64,000 nucleotides of DNA from a bacterium (GTDB lineage: Bacteria; JADJOY01): assembly GCA_046331705.1 (NCBI GenBank), contig JAXLQJ010000007.1, forward strand, positions 1-64,000, read 5' to 3'. Below, piece after piece: positions 11,571-20,873 of the stretch (position 1 is its first letter; each line of letters begins with the position of its first letter). A model generated the notes under the pieces. The model made no database searches. It was not told where the DNA came from and saw only the letters and a program-made list of their open reading frames with translations. Position numbers and translations under genes: made by a program.

Positions 11571-11605
11571 CCGTCACTCGCTCGCGAATCGGGAGCGAGT
11601 GACGG
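11571..11605. terminator. Perfect 13-bp stem-loop between convergent genes (possible bidirectional terminator)
   Basis: CCGTCACTCGCTC (11571-11583), 9-nt loop, GAGCGAGTGACGG (11593-11605); no U-tract. Confidence 0.55.
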
Positions 11606-11635
11606 CGAACCACGGGAGTCGCGGCGGCGCGACCG

Positions 11636-11965
11636 TCACGGATAGTTGCAGGTGCTCGCCGAGCCGCTGCAGGTGCAGTTCTTCACCGACCCGCCGGGCA
11701 GGCCCTGGATCGTGACCGGGCCGGTGCTGGTGTCGCAGTTGTACTTGCCACCCGACACGTTGACGGTCGGACCGGGATTGCAGTCGATCTGCGTATAGGC
11801 GCCCGTCACGCTCCCCGAGAGCCTGCAGAAGGACATCCCGCCGCACTCCTCGTCGGTGCGGCACTTCGCCCCCTGTGCGCAAGTGCCATCGCAGAACCAG
11901 GCACAGCAGCCGCTGACCATGGCCAGCGCGACGACCAGCGCCGCAGCGTATACACCTCGTCTCAT
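11636..11965 (-). CDS. Small cysteine-rich secreted protein/lipoprotein (109 aa, 12 Cys)
   Basis: RBS GAGGAGGAG before the ATG at 11965; signal peptide with lipobox-like VSG-C; GC3-biased codons. Confidence 0.75.
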   Translation of the reverse strand: MRRGVYAAALVVALAMVSGCCAWFCDGTCAQGAKCRTDEECGGMSFCRLSGSVTGAYTQIDCNPGPTVNVSGGKYNCDTSTGPVTIQGLPGGSVKNCTCSGSASTCNYP

Positions 11966-12053
11966 GTTCTCCTCCTCTGGTGAGGGGTTGGGATTTCGGG
12001 TGTCGGGCCCACCTCGGCTGCGGGACGGCGGGACGAAGATTGCTCGACGCGCC

Positions 12054-13220
12054 TCACGGTGCGATCGCGAGCCCCTTTCCCACGTCCATCTCGGCAAGCG
12101 CCGGCAGCGGCTCGGCGCTCGACTCGATCAACTGCCGAAGCTCGTTGCCCCGCAGACCGGACAGGTCGGCGTGGAGCGCAGCGATGCCGGTGACGAAGCC
12201 GGCGGCCGCGCTGGTCTCGGGAATGAGCGTGTGGGTCCGTCCCCTGTCGCGCGTGGTCGCCGTGTACACGTCCTCTCCTGGCCCGCCGACGCTGACCCGG
12301 CCATCGGGATTCAAGCTCGCATTCGAGGTGCGCCACACGTCGAGGTTCCGCCCGAGCGCGCCCACCGCCACGATCGACGGGCAGTTGGCGGGGCCGCTGA
12401 CGGGGAGGACGACGTCCGGGCGCTCGGACCGATTGCCTGCAGCCGCGATGAGCAGCGCTCCTCGAGCAAGCGCCTTCTCGCCGATGGCGTTCCAGCTGGG
12501 CGAGTAGCTCTCTCCCACGTCCACTGGCCATGCCCAGGTGATGCAGATCAAGTCACAGCGTTGCGGCTCGGCGAGCGCCCATTCGATTCCGGCCTTGAGC
12601 CCTCCCTCCGCGAGCTGGCCGTCGTCCGTCACGGCCTTCCACACGTGCAGCTCCGCTTCGTACGCGATGCCGTACTGGATCCCTTCGGCGCTCACGCGAT
12701 TTCCGCACGCGAGCGCGGCGATGCTCGTGCCGTGCCCGTGACCGTCGTGGCTCACGCGACCCGGCGGCAGCACGACGTCGCGATGAGTGAAATCCGGGTG
12801 CTCGCGATCGATGCCCGTGTCGAGCACAGCCACCCGCACGTGGCGTCCGCTGGCGTGGGAGCGCAGGACGCCCGTTCGCTCCGGCCACCATTCGAGCCAC
12901 TCGCGGGAAGGTGCGCCCTGCGGGACCGGCTCCGGTGGGGCGATGTACGCGATGCGCTCCGCCTCGACGGCCAACACGCCGCTCTGACCGTCGCAGCAGG
13001 CTCGCAGGGGCTCGGTCTGCTCGGGTGTCGCCCGCAGGACCGCGATGCCGAGCTTCTGCAGGACGAAACCGTCCTCGGCTGCGCCTTCGTCGACCGCACA
13101 CCCCGGGAAGTCGCCCGAGAACGAGAGCCGGCTGAGGCCGGCTCGGTTCGCGATGGTCTTCAACGCGTCGTCGAGACGGCGCCCATCCAGGGCCACGATC
13201 CATCGCGGTCGATCGTCCAC
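12054..13220 (-). CDS. S8 family (subtilisin-like) serine peptidase
   Basis: VAVLDTGID (Asp), HGHGTS (His), AAAGN (oxyanion Asn), ETSAAAGFVTGIAAL (Ser; variant of GTSMA). Confidence 0.88.
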   Translation of the reverse strand: MDDRPRWIVALDGRRLDDALKTIANRAGLSRLSFSGDFPGCAVDEGAAEDGFVLQKLGIAVLRATPEQTEPLRACCDGQSGVLAVEAERIAYIAPPEPVPQGAPSREWLEWWPERTGVLRSHASGRHVRVAVLDTGIDREHPDFTHRDVVLPPGRVSHDGHGHGTSIAALACGNRVSAEGIQYGIAYEAELHVWKAVTDDGQLAEGGLKAGIEWALAEPQRCDLICITWAWPVDVGESYSPSWNAIGEKALARGALLIAAAGNRSERPDVVLPVSGPANCPSIVAVGALGRNLDVWRTSNASLNPDGRVSVGGPGEDVYTATTRDRGRTHTLIPETSAAAGFVTGIAALHADLSGLRGNELRQLIESSAEPLPALAEMDVGKGLAIAP

Positions 13221-13556
13221 CGTCGGCTCCCGAGCGCGCGAGGCGTATCCCGGGAGCCGCGGACGGCCGGTCGATCCCGGGAGACACGCGTCCCGTACGA
13301 TGTGGAGTTATACCACGCTAACCAGGCTGCTGCCGTGCGCTGCGGGTGACCTTGGCGGGCTCGTTCCTCGCGATGCGGTCCCACCGAAAGCGCGATTCCC
13401 CTCGCGGGTGGCTTCCTGGGTCTTCTGCCCGTCAGGAAGTATGTTGCCGCCTCGTTGCCGGCCTCCACGGGATCGTCCGGAGGCGCCCGCAACCCGCCAG
13501 CTGGCGCGGAGAGCGATGACCGATCCCGTCTTCCTCGCCTCGATCCGGTCGATCTC

Positions 13557-14585
13557 GTGAGCGTGTCTCGGGTCGCGTCGCCGGAGCGAGCGGAGCTGGT
13601 GAAGCGCGCGCTCACGCTCGACGATTACGTCGCTGGCGTGCGAGCCGGCGAACGCGTGACGCTGGCGCGCGCCATCACGCTGGTCGAGAGCACCGCGGTG
13701 GCCCACACCCGGCTCGCGCACCAGCTGCTGGAACGGTTGAGCAGCCACACCGGCGGCGCGCGGCGCATCGGCATCACGGGCCCGCCCGGCGCCGGCAAGA
13801 GCACCCTCATCGATTCGCTCGGGACCCGGCTCACCGTCGCGGGGCATCGGGTCGCCGTGCTGGCCGTGGATCCCACCAGTGGCCGCACCGGCGGCAGCTT
13901 GCTCGGCGACAAGACGCGGATGAGCCGCCTCTCCGTCGATCCGAACGCGTTCATCCGGCCCTCTCCCACCGCGGGGACGCTGGGCGGTGTCGCGCGCAAG
14001 ACCCGCGAGAGCATCCTGCTCTGCGAGGCCGCCGGCTACGACGTGGTGCTCGTGGAAACCGTCGGCGTGGGGCAGTCCGAGACCGCCGTGCATTCGATGG
14101 TCGATTGCTTCCTGGTATTGCTCCTCGCCGGCAGCGGCGACGAGCTGCAAGGGCTCAAGAAGGGCATCATCGAGCTCGCCGATCTGATCGCGATCACCAA
14201 GGCGGATGGCGACAACCAGTCGCGCGCCGAGCGCACCCGGGTCGATTACCAACGTGCCCTCGAATACCTGACGGCGAGCGAGGACGGCTGGAAAGTGCCG
14301 GTCCTCACGATCTCGTCGAAGACCGGCGACGGCGTCGAGGCGCTGTGGCGAACCGTCGAGTCCCATCGCGCAGCGGGCCTCGCGAACGGTTCCTTCGCCA
14401 GCCGTCGCAGCGCGCAGGCGCGCGACTGGATGCGCTCGCTCCTCGACGAGCAGCTGCGCGCGCGCTTCCTGGCGCAGCCCGGGATCGCGGAGCGGCTTCG
14501 CGAGCTCGAGGCCCAGGTCACGGGGGGCGAGCTCGCGCCGGAGATCGCCGTGGAGCGCTTGCTGATGACGTCGGAAGCGGGCTGA
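13557..14585 (+). CDS. meaB: Methylmalonyl-CoA mutase-associated GTPase MeaB (start uncertain; ORF open from 13455)
   Basis: LARAITLVES, GITGPPGAGKST, LAVDPTS, LGDKTRM, VETVGVGQSE, GDELQGLKKG. Confidence 0.95.
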   Translation: MSVSRVASPERAELVKRALTLDDYVAGVRAGERVTLARAITLVESTAVAHTRLAHQLLERLSSHTGGARRIGITGPPGAGKSTLIDSLGTRLTVAGHRVAVLAVDPTSGRTGGSLLGDKTRMSRLSVDPNAFIRPSPTAGTLGGVARKTRESILLCEAAGYDVVLVETVGVGQSETAVHSMVDCFLVLLLAGSGDELQGLKKGIIELADLIAITKADGDNQSRAERTRVDYQRALEYLTASEDGWKVPVLTISSKTGDGVEALWRTVESHRAAGLANGSFASRRSAQARDWMRSLLDEQLRARFLAQPGIAERLRELEAQVTGGELAPEIAVERLLMTSEAG

Positions 14586-14600
14586 GCCGCCGCACCAGCC

Positions 14601-15188
14601 ATGTGGTCGTTCCGCCGCCCCTCGACGGACGCCGTCGCGGCGGCCATCGTCGATCAGGCTTCCCGCCCGTTTTCGTATCCGGAGGTCGGGGCGTCTCGCG
14701 ACGGCTCGCCGACGGGCTACGACCTGGATCACAACCGGGCGCTGCTCGGCCACGGGGAACCGGCCTTTCGCGCCGCGTGCGACGCGTTGCGCCGCTGGCG
14801 CATGTTCCCGGCGCCGTGGGCGCTGATCCAGCCAGCCGAGACCCCCATCGAGGAAGGACGCGTGGTGGCGATGCTCGCGCACGCGCTCGGCCTGTGGTGG
14901 CTCAACACCTGCCGGATCGTGTACGTGCTCGACGAGGCTGCGCCCGTTCGGCGCTTCGGCTTCGCCTACGGCACGTTGCCGCGCCACGTCGAGCGGGGCG
15001 AGGAGCGCTTCAGCGTCGAGTGGCTCGCCGACGACTCGGTCTGGTACGACATCCGCGCATTCTCGCGGCCGCGCTACTGGGCCACCCGCCTCGGATACCC
15101 GGTCGCGCGCGCGCTGCAACGGCGCTTCGTGCGGGATTCGAAGGCGGCCATGCACGCGGCCGTCGCCGAAGCGTTCGTGAAGTGGTGA
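14601..15188 (+). CDS. DUF1990 family protein
   Basis: FSYPEVGAS, CRIVYV, FGFAYGTLPRHVERGEERF, IRAFSRP. Confidence 0.88.
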   Translation: MWSFRRPSTDAVAAAIVDQASRPFSYPEVGASRDGSPTGYDLDHNRALLGHGEPAFRAACDALRRWRMFPAPWALIQPAETPIEEGRVVAMLAHALGLWWLNTCRIVYVLDEAAPVRRFGFAYGTLPRHVERGEERFSVEWLADDSVWYDIRAFSRPRYWATRLGYPVARALQRRFVRDSKAAMHAAVAEAFVKW

Positions 15189-16102
15189 AGCCGAGAGGGG
15201 TGGCGGCGGCGCTCGGCGTGCTCGTCTGGTGCGGTCTGGTCGCAGGGCATGCCGCCGACTCGGGAGCGTGGCCGCGTGCGCTGGTCGCGTTCGCGGCGCT
15301 CGTGATCGTGCCGCTCGGACTCGCTCTCGACGGTCGCCGCGGGCCCGGGCCCGCGGTCCTGCTCGCCGCGGCGGCAGCGCTCGCCGTTTCCGCGCGCGTC
15401 GAGGCCGGCGGGATCGCGGGGACACTGGCCGTTCCCTGGCTCGCCGCGACCGTCTCCCTCGCGCTCGGGGAGGTCCGTGACGCGTGGGCGCGCCGTGGCA
15501 GCGGCAACACCTGGGGCGACGATGCGGCCCGGGCGGCTCGCCTCTTCCTGCCCATCGGTGCGATGTGGGCGTTCGCCGATCGCCTCGGCTGGACGCCGTT
15601 CGGTTTCGACGCGAGCACCGTGATCCTCACCGCCGCTCACTTCCACTACGCCGGGTTCGCGCTGCCGCTCGCCGCGAGCAGCGCCGCGCGAGCGCGGCCG
15701 AGCACCCGCGGCGATCTCGCGTGTGCTGGGGTGATCACCGGCGTGCCGCTGGTGGCCCTCGGCATCTCCGCCACCCACGCGGGTCTCGGCGCGGCGCTCG
15801 AAACGGGGGCGGTGGCGCTGCTCGCCGCATCGGCGCTGGGCGTCGCCACGCTCCACGCGGCGAGCGCGCGCGACGCGCGGCTGCCGATCCTGGCGCGCGC
15901 TCTGTTGAGCCTCGCCGCGGGCGCGCTCGCTCTCGGCACGACGCTCGCGCTGCTCTACGGTCTGCGGGCGCTGGTGCCGGGTGTCGCCTTCGAGCTCGAC
16001 TTCATGTGGACCACCCACGGCTCGATCCAGGCCTTCGGTTTCGCCTTGCCGGCGATGCTGGGATGGTGGGTCGCGTTGCTGCGGCCACACGCGGGGAGCT
16101 AG
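15185..16102 (+). CDS. YndJ-like membrane protein
   Basis: Multiple transmembrane segments; LTAAHFHYAGF motif; MWTTHG; GTG overlaps the upstream stop. Confidence 0.8.
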   Translation: MKPRGVAAALGVLVWCGLVAGHAADSGAWPRALVAFAALVIVPLGLALDGRRGPGPAVLLAAAAALAVSARVEAGGIAGTLAVPWLAATVSLALGEVRDAWARRGSGNTWGDDAARAARLFLPIGAMWAFADRLGWTPFGFDASTVILTAAHFHYAGFALPLAASSAARARPSTRGDLACAGVITGVPLVALGISATHAGLGAALETGAVALLAASALGVATLHAASARDARLPILARALLSLAAGALALGTTLALLYGLRALVPGVAFELDFMWTTHGSIQAFGFALPAMLGWWVALLRPHAGS

Positions 16103-16138
16103 CGTCAGCGCGTCCTCGCTCGACCTCGGAGATCGCCG

Positions 16139-17113
16139 ATGAAGCGCCGTGCTGGGCCTGAAACGAGCGCATCGAGAATCGAGCCTTGCTGGCCGATGCG
16201 ACGAGTGGCACGCGCCAGGGCCACACCGCCAGTGCAACGAGACGACTCGCGGGTGGGGCGCCACGACCACGGCGCTGCTCGTGGGGCTGCGCTGCGGAGC
16301 CCCCCGAAGCAACGTCGCCTCACCCGGGGCTGGTGGCTCGTCGCCGCGCTCGCGCTCGCGACCCAGGGGTACGCCGCGGATGGTTCCGCAACCCCGCTAC
16401 GCGCGCCGGAGCGCATCGCCAAGGCGGGCGTGTTGCGGGTCGCCGTCGACGCCACCTACCCGCCGATGGAATTCGAGGGACCGGACGGCAAGCCGACGGG
16501 TTTCGACGTGGACCTCGCTACCGCGCTGGCCAGTCGCCTCGACGTTCGCGCCGAGCTGGTGGTGATGAACTGGGACGGCATCCTCGCCGGTCTCTCCTCG
16601 CAGCGCTACGACGTGATCCTCTCCTCGATGAACGTGACGCCCGAGCGCAAGCAGGTGGCGGACTTCGTGGAGTATCTGCAGATGGCGCAGGTCTTCGTGA
16701 CCAAGCCCGGCGGCAAGGTGGGCTCGACTGCCGAGCTCGCCGGGAGGTCGGTTGCCGTGCAGGCGGACACCACCTCGCACTCGGCGGTGCAGAAGGCGCA
16801 GGCCGAGGGGGTGAGGATCAAGCAGATCAAGGCATTCCCGCTCGCCACCCAGGCATTCCAGGCGCTCAAGGCCGGGCAAGCCGAGGTGATCGTCATCGAC
16901 GAACCGGTGGCGCGCTACTACGCGAAGCAAGACCCGGCGAGCTTCACCGTCACGGGCCAAGCGCTCACGCCGGAGCCGGTTGGCATCGCGATCCGGAAGA
17001 GCGACCCGGATCTGGTGCGCGCGCTCACCGAGGCCGTCGCCGCGGTGAAGGCGGACGGCACGTTCGAGCGGCTGTCGAGGCAGTGGTTCGGGACGGTGCT
17101 CGGGGCCCCCTGA
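16139..17113 (+). CDS. Polar amino-acid ABC transporter substrate-binding protein (true start probably downstream)
   Basis: DATYPPMEF, GFDVDLA, WDGILAGL, TPERK, DGTFERLSRQWFG. Confidence 0.9.
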   Translation: MKRRAGPETSASRIEPCWPMRRVARARATPPVQRDDSRVGRHDHGAARGAALRSPPKQRRLTRGWWLVAALALATQGYAADGSATPLRAPERIAKAGVLRVAVDATYPPMEFEGPDGKPTGFDVDLATALASRLDVRAELVVMNWDGILAGLSSQRYDVILSSMNVTPERKQVADFVEYLQMAQVFVTKPGGKVGSTAELAGRSVAVQADTTSHSAVQKAQAEGVRIKQIKAFPLATQAFQALKAGQAEVIVIDEPVARYYAKQDPASFTVTGQALTPEPVGIAIRKSDPDLVRALTEAVAAVKADGTFERLSRQWFGTVLGAP

Positions 17114-17166
17114 GCCTCGGCCGAGCTTCCGCTCTCTTCCCGACGCCGCGCGCCGAGTCCACGCGG

Positions 17167-17841
17167 ATGACCGACTCGCCCGACTTCTGGACCTTCTCGA
17201 CCCAGGTCGTGCTGCCGCGAATCGGCGCCGGCTTCTGGCTGACCGCCGAGCTGACGGTGCTGGCCGGCGTGATGGGGCTCGTCCTCGGCTTGGCGCTGGC
17301 GCTCGCGCGGCTGTCGCGGCTCGCGCCCGTTCGGAACCTGGCGCGCGCCTACATCGCGCTCTTCCGCGGCACGCCACTGCTGCTCCAGATCTCGTTCACG
17401 TATTTCGCGTTGCCGCCGCTCGTGGGCGTCACGCTCGATTCGTTCCCCGCGGGGGTGCTCGCGCTCGGGCTCAACGCCGGCGCCTACTTCGCCGAGATCC
17501 TGCGCGCCGCGATCGAGTCCATCGACCGCGGCCAGATGGAGGCGGCGCGCGCCCTCGGCATGAGCCGGGCGCTGGCGATGCGGCGGATCATCCTGCCGCA
17601 GACCTATCGCCGGCTGATCCCGCCCATCGTGAACGAGCTGGCGGCGCTCTCGAAGGACACCTCGCTGGTCTCGGTGATCTCGCTCAGCGAAGCGCTCTAC
17701 GCGACCCAGCGGCTCGCGGCGGCGTATCTGCGTCCCTGGGAGGTCTACGGCTGGGCGGCGCTCGGTTACTTGACGATCGTGCTGGTGCTGGGAGGGGTCG
17801 CCGCGCGGCTCGAGGCGCGCCTGGGGGCGCGCGAATCGTGA
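17167..17841 (+). CDS. Polar amino-acid ABC transporter permease
   Basis: FRGTPLLLQ, AYFAEILRAAIESIDRGQMEAARALGM, KDTSL. Confidence 0.92.
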   Translation: MTDSPDFWTFSTQVVLPRIGAGFWLTAELTVLAGVMGLVLGLALALARLSRLAPVRNLARAYIALFRGTPLLLQISFTYFALPPLVGVTLDSFPAGVLALGLNAGAYFAEILRAAIESIDRGQMEAARALGMSRALAMRRIILPQTYRRLIPPIVNELAALSKDTSLVSVISLSEALYATQRLAAAYLRPWEVYGWAALGYLTIVLVLGGVAARLEARLGARES

Positions 17842-18611
17842 GCGAGCCGATCCTGCGCCTCGACGGAGTGAGCAAGCGCTTCGGTGCCCACGAGGTGCTC
17901 AGCGACGTCGATCTCGCGGTGGCGCGCGGCGAGGTGGTGGCGATCATCGGCCCGAGCGGTTCCGGCAAGTCGACGCTGCTTCGTTGCATCAACCACCTCG
18001 AGCGGCCGACCCGCGGTCACGTGTGGTTCGACGGCGAGGCCATCGGCGAGCGCGAGGTGGACGGGCGCTGGATCCCCCGGCCCGAGCGCGAGATCGACGC
18101 CCAGCGGCGCCGCATCGGCATGGTCTTCCAACGCTTTCATCTCTTCCCCCACAAGACCGCGCTCGCCAACGTCGTCGAGGCGCCGGTGCGTGTGAAAGGG
18201 GAACCGGTCGCCGCCGCCACCGAAGCCGCGCTCACGTTGCTGGAACGAGTGGGGCTTGCCGACAAGCGCGACGAGTACCCCCCGCGGCTATCGGGCGGGC
18301 AGCAGCAGCGCGTGGCCATCGCGCGAGCGCTCGCGATGCAGCCCGACCTGATGCTCTTCGACGAAGCCACCTCGGCGCTCGATCCCGAGCTGGTCGGTGA
18401 GGTTCTCGAGGTGATGCGCGACCTGGCGCACAGCTCGATGACGATGCTCGTCGTCACCCACGAGATGGGCTTCGCCCGCGAGGTGGCTCACCGCGTGGTG
18501 GTGCTCGAAGCCGGGCGCAAGGTCGAGGAAGGATCCGCCGAGCAGGTCTTCACGGCGCCGGCGCAGCCGGTCACGCAGCGCTTCTTGCGACGGGTCCTCG
18601 AGCGCCGGTGA
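17838..18611 (+). CDS. Polar amino-acid ABC transporter ATP-binding protein
   Basis: GPSGSGKST, LSGGQQQRVAIARAL, FDEATSALDPE, VTHEMGFA. Confidence 0.95.
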   Translation: MSEPILRLDGVSKRFGAHEVLSDVDLAVARGEVVAIIGPSGSGKSTLLRCINHLERPTRGHVWFDGEAIGEREVDGRWIPRPEREIDAQRRRIGMVFQRFHLFPHKTALANVVEAPVRVKGEPVAAATEAALTLLERVGLADKRDEYPPRLSGGQQQRVAIARALAMQPDLMLFDEATSALDPELVGEVLEVMRDLAHSSMTMLVVTHEMGFAREVAHRVVVLEAGRKVEEGSAEQVFTAPAQPVTQRFLRRVLERR

Positions 18612-18702
18612 GCGCCGCCGGCGGGCGACGGGAGACGGCCCGGGACCTTCGAGCCCAGCGCTTGCGATCGGCAGGGCTCCCGCGCGGCCTCTCGTCCGGC
18701 GC

Positions 18703-19503
18703 TCATTTCCGTCCGGAGTTTCGGCGCGAGGTCACCCGCGTCAGCTCGCCGGATTGGATCAAGGCTGCGAGGGTCCGCTCGATCTCCTGGCCAAAGATCA
18801 CCGCGGCCGCCTCCAGCGCCTTCGGGCGAATGGCCGCCACCGCGCGCCCGATGTCGTCAGGGGTCTCCGCGCGTCCGAAGCCGCGGCCCGCGTGCTCGAC
18901 CAGGTAGTGGACCACCTCCTGGGCGGCGCGGGCGGTGTGCTTGCGGATGAGATCGGCCGCGTTCGACGCGACCTCGAGGTCGACGCCCGCCGCATCCAGC
19001 TCGAGGGCCAGCTTGAGCAACGCGGAGCTGCGCACCAGGAACGCGCCGTGCTCGCGCTCCACCACGCCGAGTCGCACCAGATCGCTCACCAGCCCGGGCC
19101 GATCGCGCCCCACCAGCTCGCGCAGCTCGTCCTCGCTCATCAGCCGCGGCGCGTCGTTGGCCCACGGGCGCGAGAGCTGCTCCTCGACCCCGAGCCACTC
19201 GCCGAGCTCGAGGTCGCCGCGATCCATCCGCGCCACCAGATCGCGGATCGCGCGAATCGTGAGGCCGCGGTCCTGAAGATCGGCGATCAGCTTGAGGCGC
19301 TCGACGTGGGTGTCGCTGTAGTACGCCGTGCGCCCGCGCATGCTCGGCCGCGGCAACGCACCCTTGGCTTGATAGAACCGGATCGTGCGGCTCGGAACGC
19401 GGGTGTGCGCTGCGAGCTCGTCGATGGTGTACTCGGCCGCGGCGGGCGTGGGCTCCGCCGCGGGCGGTTCCGGCTCCTCGATCTTGGTCTTCGACTTGGC
19501 CAT
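18703..19503 (-). CDS. MerR-family transcriptional regulator
   Basis: YTIDELAAHTRVPSRTIRFYQAKGALPRP...YSDTHVERLKLIADLQDRGLTI. Confidence 0.9.
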   Translation of the reverse strand: MAKSKTKIEEPEPPAAEPTPAAAEYTIDELAAHTRVPSRTIRFYQAKGALPRPSMRGRTAYYSDTHVERLKLIADLQDRGLTIRAIRDLVARMDRGDLELGEWLGVEEQLSRPWANDAPRLMSEDELRELVGRDRPGLVSDLVRLGVVEREHGAFLVRSSALLKLALELDAAGVDLEVASNAADLIRKHTARAAQEVVHYLVEHAGRGFGRAETPDDIGRAVAAIRPKALEAAAVIFGQEIERTLAALIQSGELTRVTSRRNSGRK

Positions 19504-19535
19504 GACCGCATTATCGTCGACAACCGCGAGGGCGT

Positions 19536-20726
19536 TCACGCCGCCCCGAGCGCGACGTCGGCCGCGGCGAACGGCTGCGCGGCGCGGTCCGGGTGGCTGA
19601 GACGCGCGATCTGTCGCAGCGCCTTGGCGAGGGTGCGTCCCCAGGTATCCGTCTTGTAGCGGATGCCGTGGCGCTCGCACGCGGCGCGCACCTTGGGCGC
19701 GATCTCGCGGAGGCGATTGGTCGGAAAGCGCGGGAAGAGATGGTGCTCGATCTGCAGATCGAGGGCACCGCAGAGCATGGAGATCGGCAGCGGCACCTCG
19801 AAGTTGTTCGCGGACTCGACCTGCATCGCGTACCAGGCGCCTTGGCCGCGCGGGCGCGTGCCGTCCGGGTAGCTCGCGACGTCCTCGCCAACGTGGCCGC
19901 AGTAGATCGTCACCGCCGAGTACACGTCTCGCGCCGTGGCCGCGAGCCAGTTCCCCAGCATCACCTTCCAGAAGAACGGCCCGGCGAGCAGCGGAAAGAA
20001 CGCGTACTCCTTCAGGTAGTGCGGGAGGTACTTGCGCAGCGCCCGGCGGTGGGCGGTGAGCGCGGTCTTCCACGAGCGATCCGGCAGGAAGTCCATGCCG
20101 TCGGCGCGATCGTTGCCGAAGTAGAAGTCGTTGAGCCCGGTGAAGTGCAGGTTCATCAGGAACCCGAAGTTGGGCCACAGGAAGAACACCGTGAAGGGAA
20201 GCTGGGCGCGATGGTGTGCCCGAAACGGCGTGTGCTCGGTGAGCCGGACGGGTCCGAAGTGGATGTCGGGGTCCTTGCCGGCGATGTTCGTGTACGGGTG
20301 ATGACGACGATTGTGGCCCTCGTCCCAGGACTCCTCGTCGATCGGGACGTCCCAGCGGAAGCCCTTCGACTGGAAGCGCTCGGCGCCAGGGAGCCCGTCG
20401 AAGGCACCGTGGAGCGCCGTGTGGCCCACCTCGGTCGCCTGCAGCTGCTTGTGCAGCCACAGCGCGGTGACACCGGTGAGGAACGTGATCGGCTCGGGGC
20501 TCACGTGAATGAGCACGCGCCCGAGCACCTCCATGGCGCGCGAGAACGCATCCACCTTCTTCACGTAGCGGACGTCCTCGGCACCGAGCTTCGCCTCGAC
20601 CTCGCGGCGGATGGCTTCGATCTCGGCACCGAAGCGCTTGAGCGCTTCGGCCCGATCCGCGCCGCGGGCGGTGTGGGACGCGGAGGATGGTGCGTGGGTG
20701 GCTCGCGCCGTGTGTGCGACTGACAT
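19536..20726 (-). CDS. Membrane acyl-CoA/fatty-acid desaturase (DesA3-like)
   Basis: His boxes HTALH, HNRRHH and QIEHHLFP; TNIAGKDPDI. Confidence 0.9.
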   Translation of the reverse strand: MSVAHTARATHAPSSASHTARGADRAEALKRFGAEIEAIRREVEAKLGAEDVRYVKKVDAFSRAMEVLGRVLIHVSPEPITFLTGVTALWLHKQLQATEVGHTALHGAFDGLPGAERFQSKGFRWDVPIDEESWDEGHNRRHHPYTNIAGKDPDIHFGPVRLTEHTPFRAHHRAQLPFTVFFLWPNFGFLMNLHFTGLNDFYFGNDRADGMDFLPDRSWKTALTAHRRALRKYLPHYLKEYAFFPLLAGPFFWKVMLGNWLAATARDVYSAVTIYCGHVGEDVASYPDGTRPRGQGAWYAMQVESANNFEVPLPISMLCGALDLQIEHHLFPRFPTNRLREIAPKVRAACERHGIRYKTDTWGRTLAKALRQIARLSHPDRAAQPFAAADVALGAA

Positions 20727-20772
20727 TCGTGGCTCCGATACGATGGCACTCGCTGGAGGCGCATCGTGTGAT

Positions 20773-20820
20773 GTGACAGTTAATGGTGACACTATTAATC
20801 GTGACACCACGAACTGTCAA
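20773..20820 (-). promoter_or_regulatory. Promoter/operator of the desaturase-merR operon
   Basis: AT-rich patch; TTGACA on the minus strand at 20820-20815; three GTGACA direct repeats (20773, 20786, 20801); inverted repeat TGACAGTT (20774-20781)/AACTGTCA (20812-20819). Confidence 0.7.
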
Positions 20821-20873
20821 GCTCGCGCCTCCCGCCGAGCCAGCGCCGCAACGCCTGCTACGCTCGGCGGCCC

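Noticed and set aside
13516-13560. 14-codon ORF (MTDPVFLASIRSIS) with an RBS, overlapping the meaB GTG
   Set aside because: Cannot be distinguished from chance or from a frameshifted meaB N-terminus.
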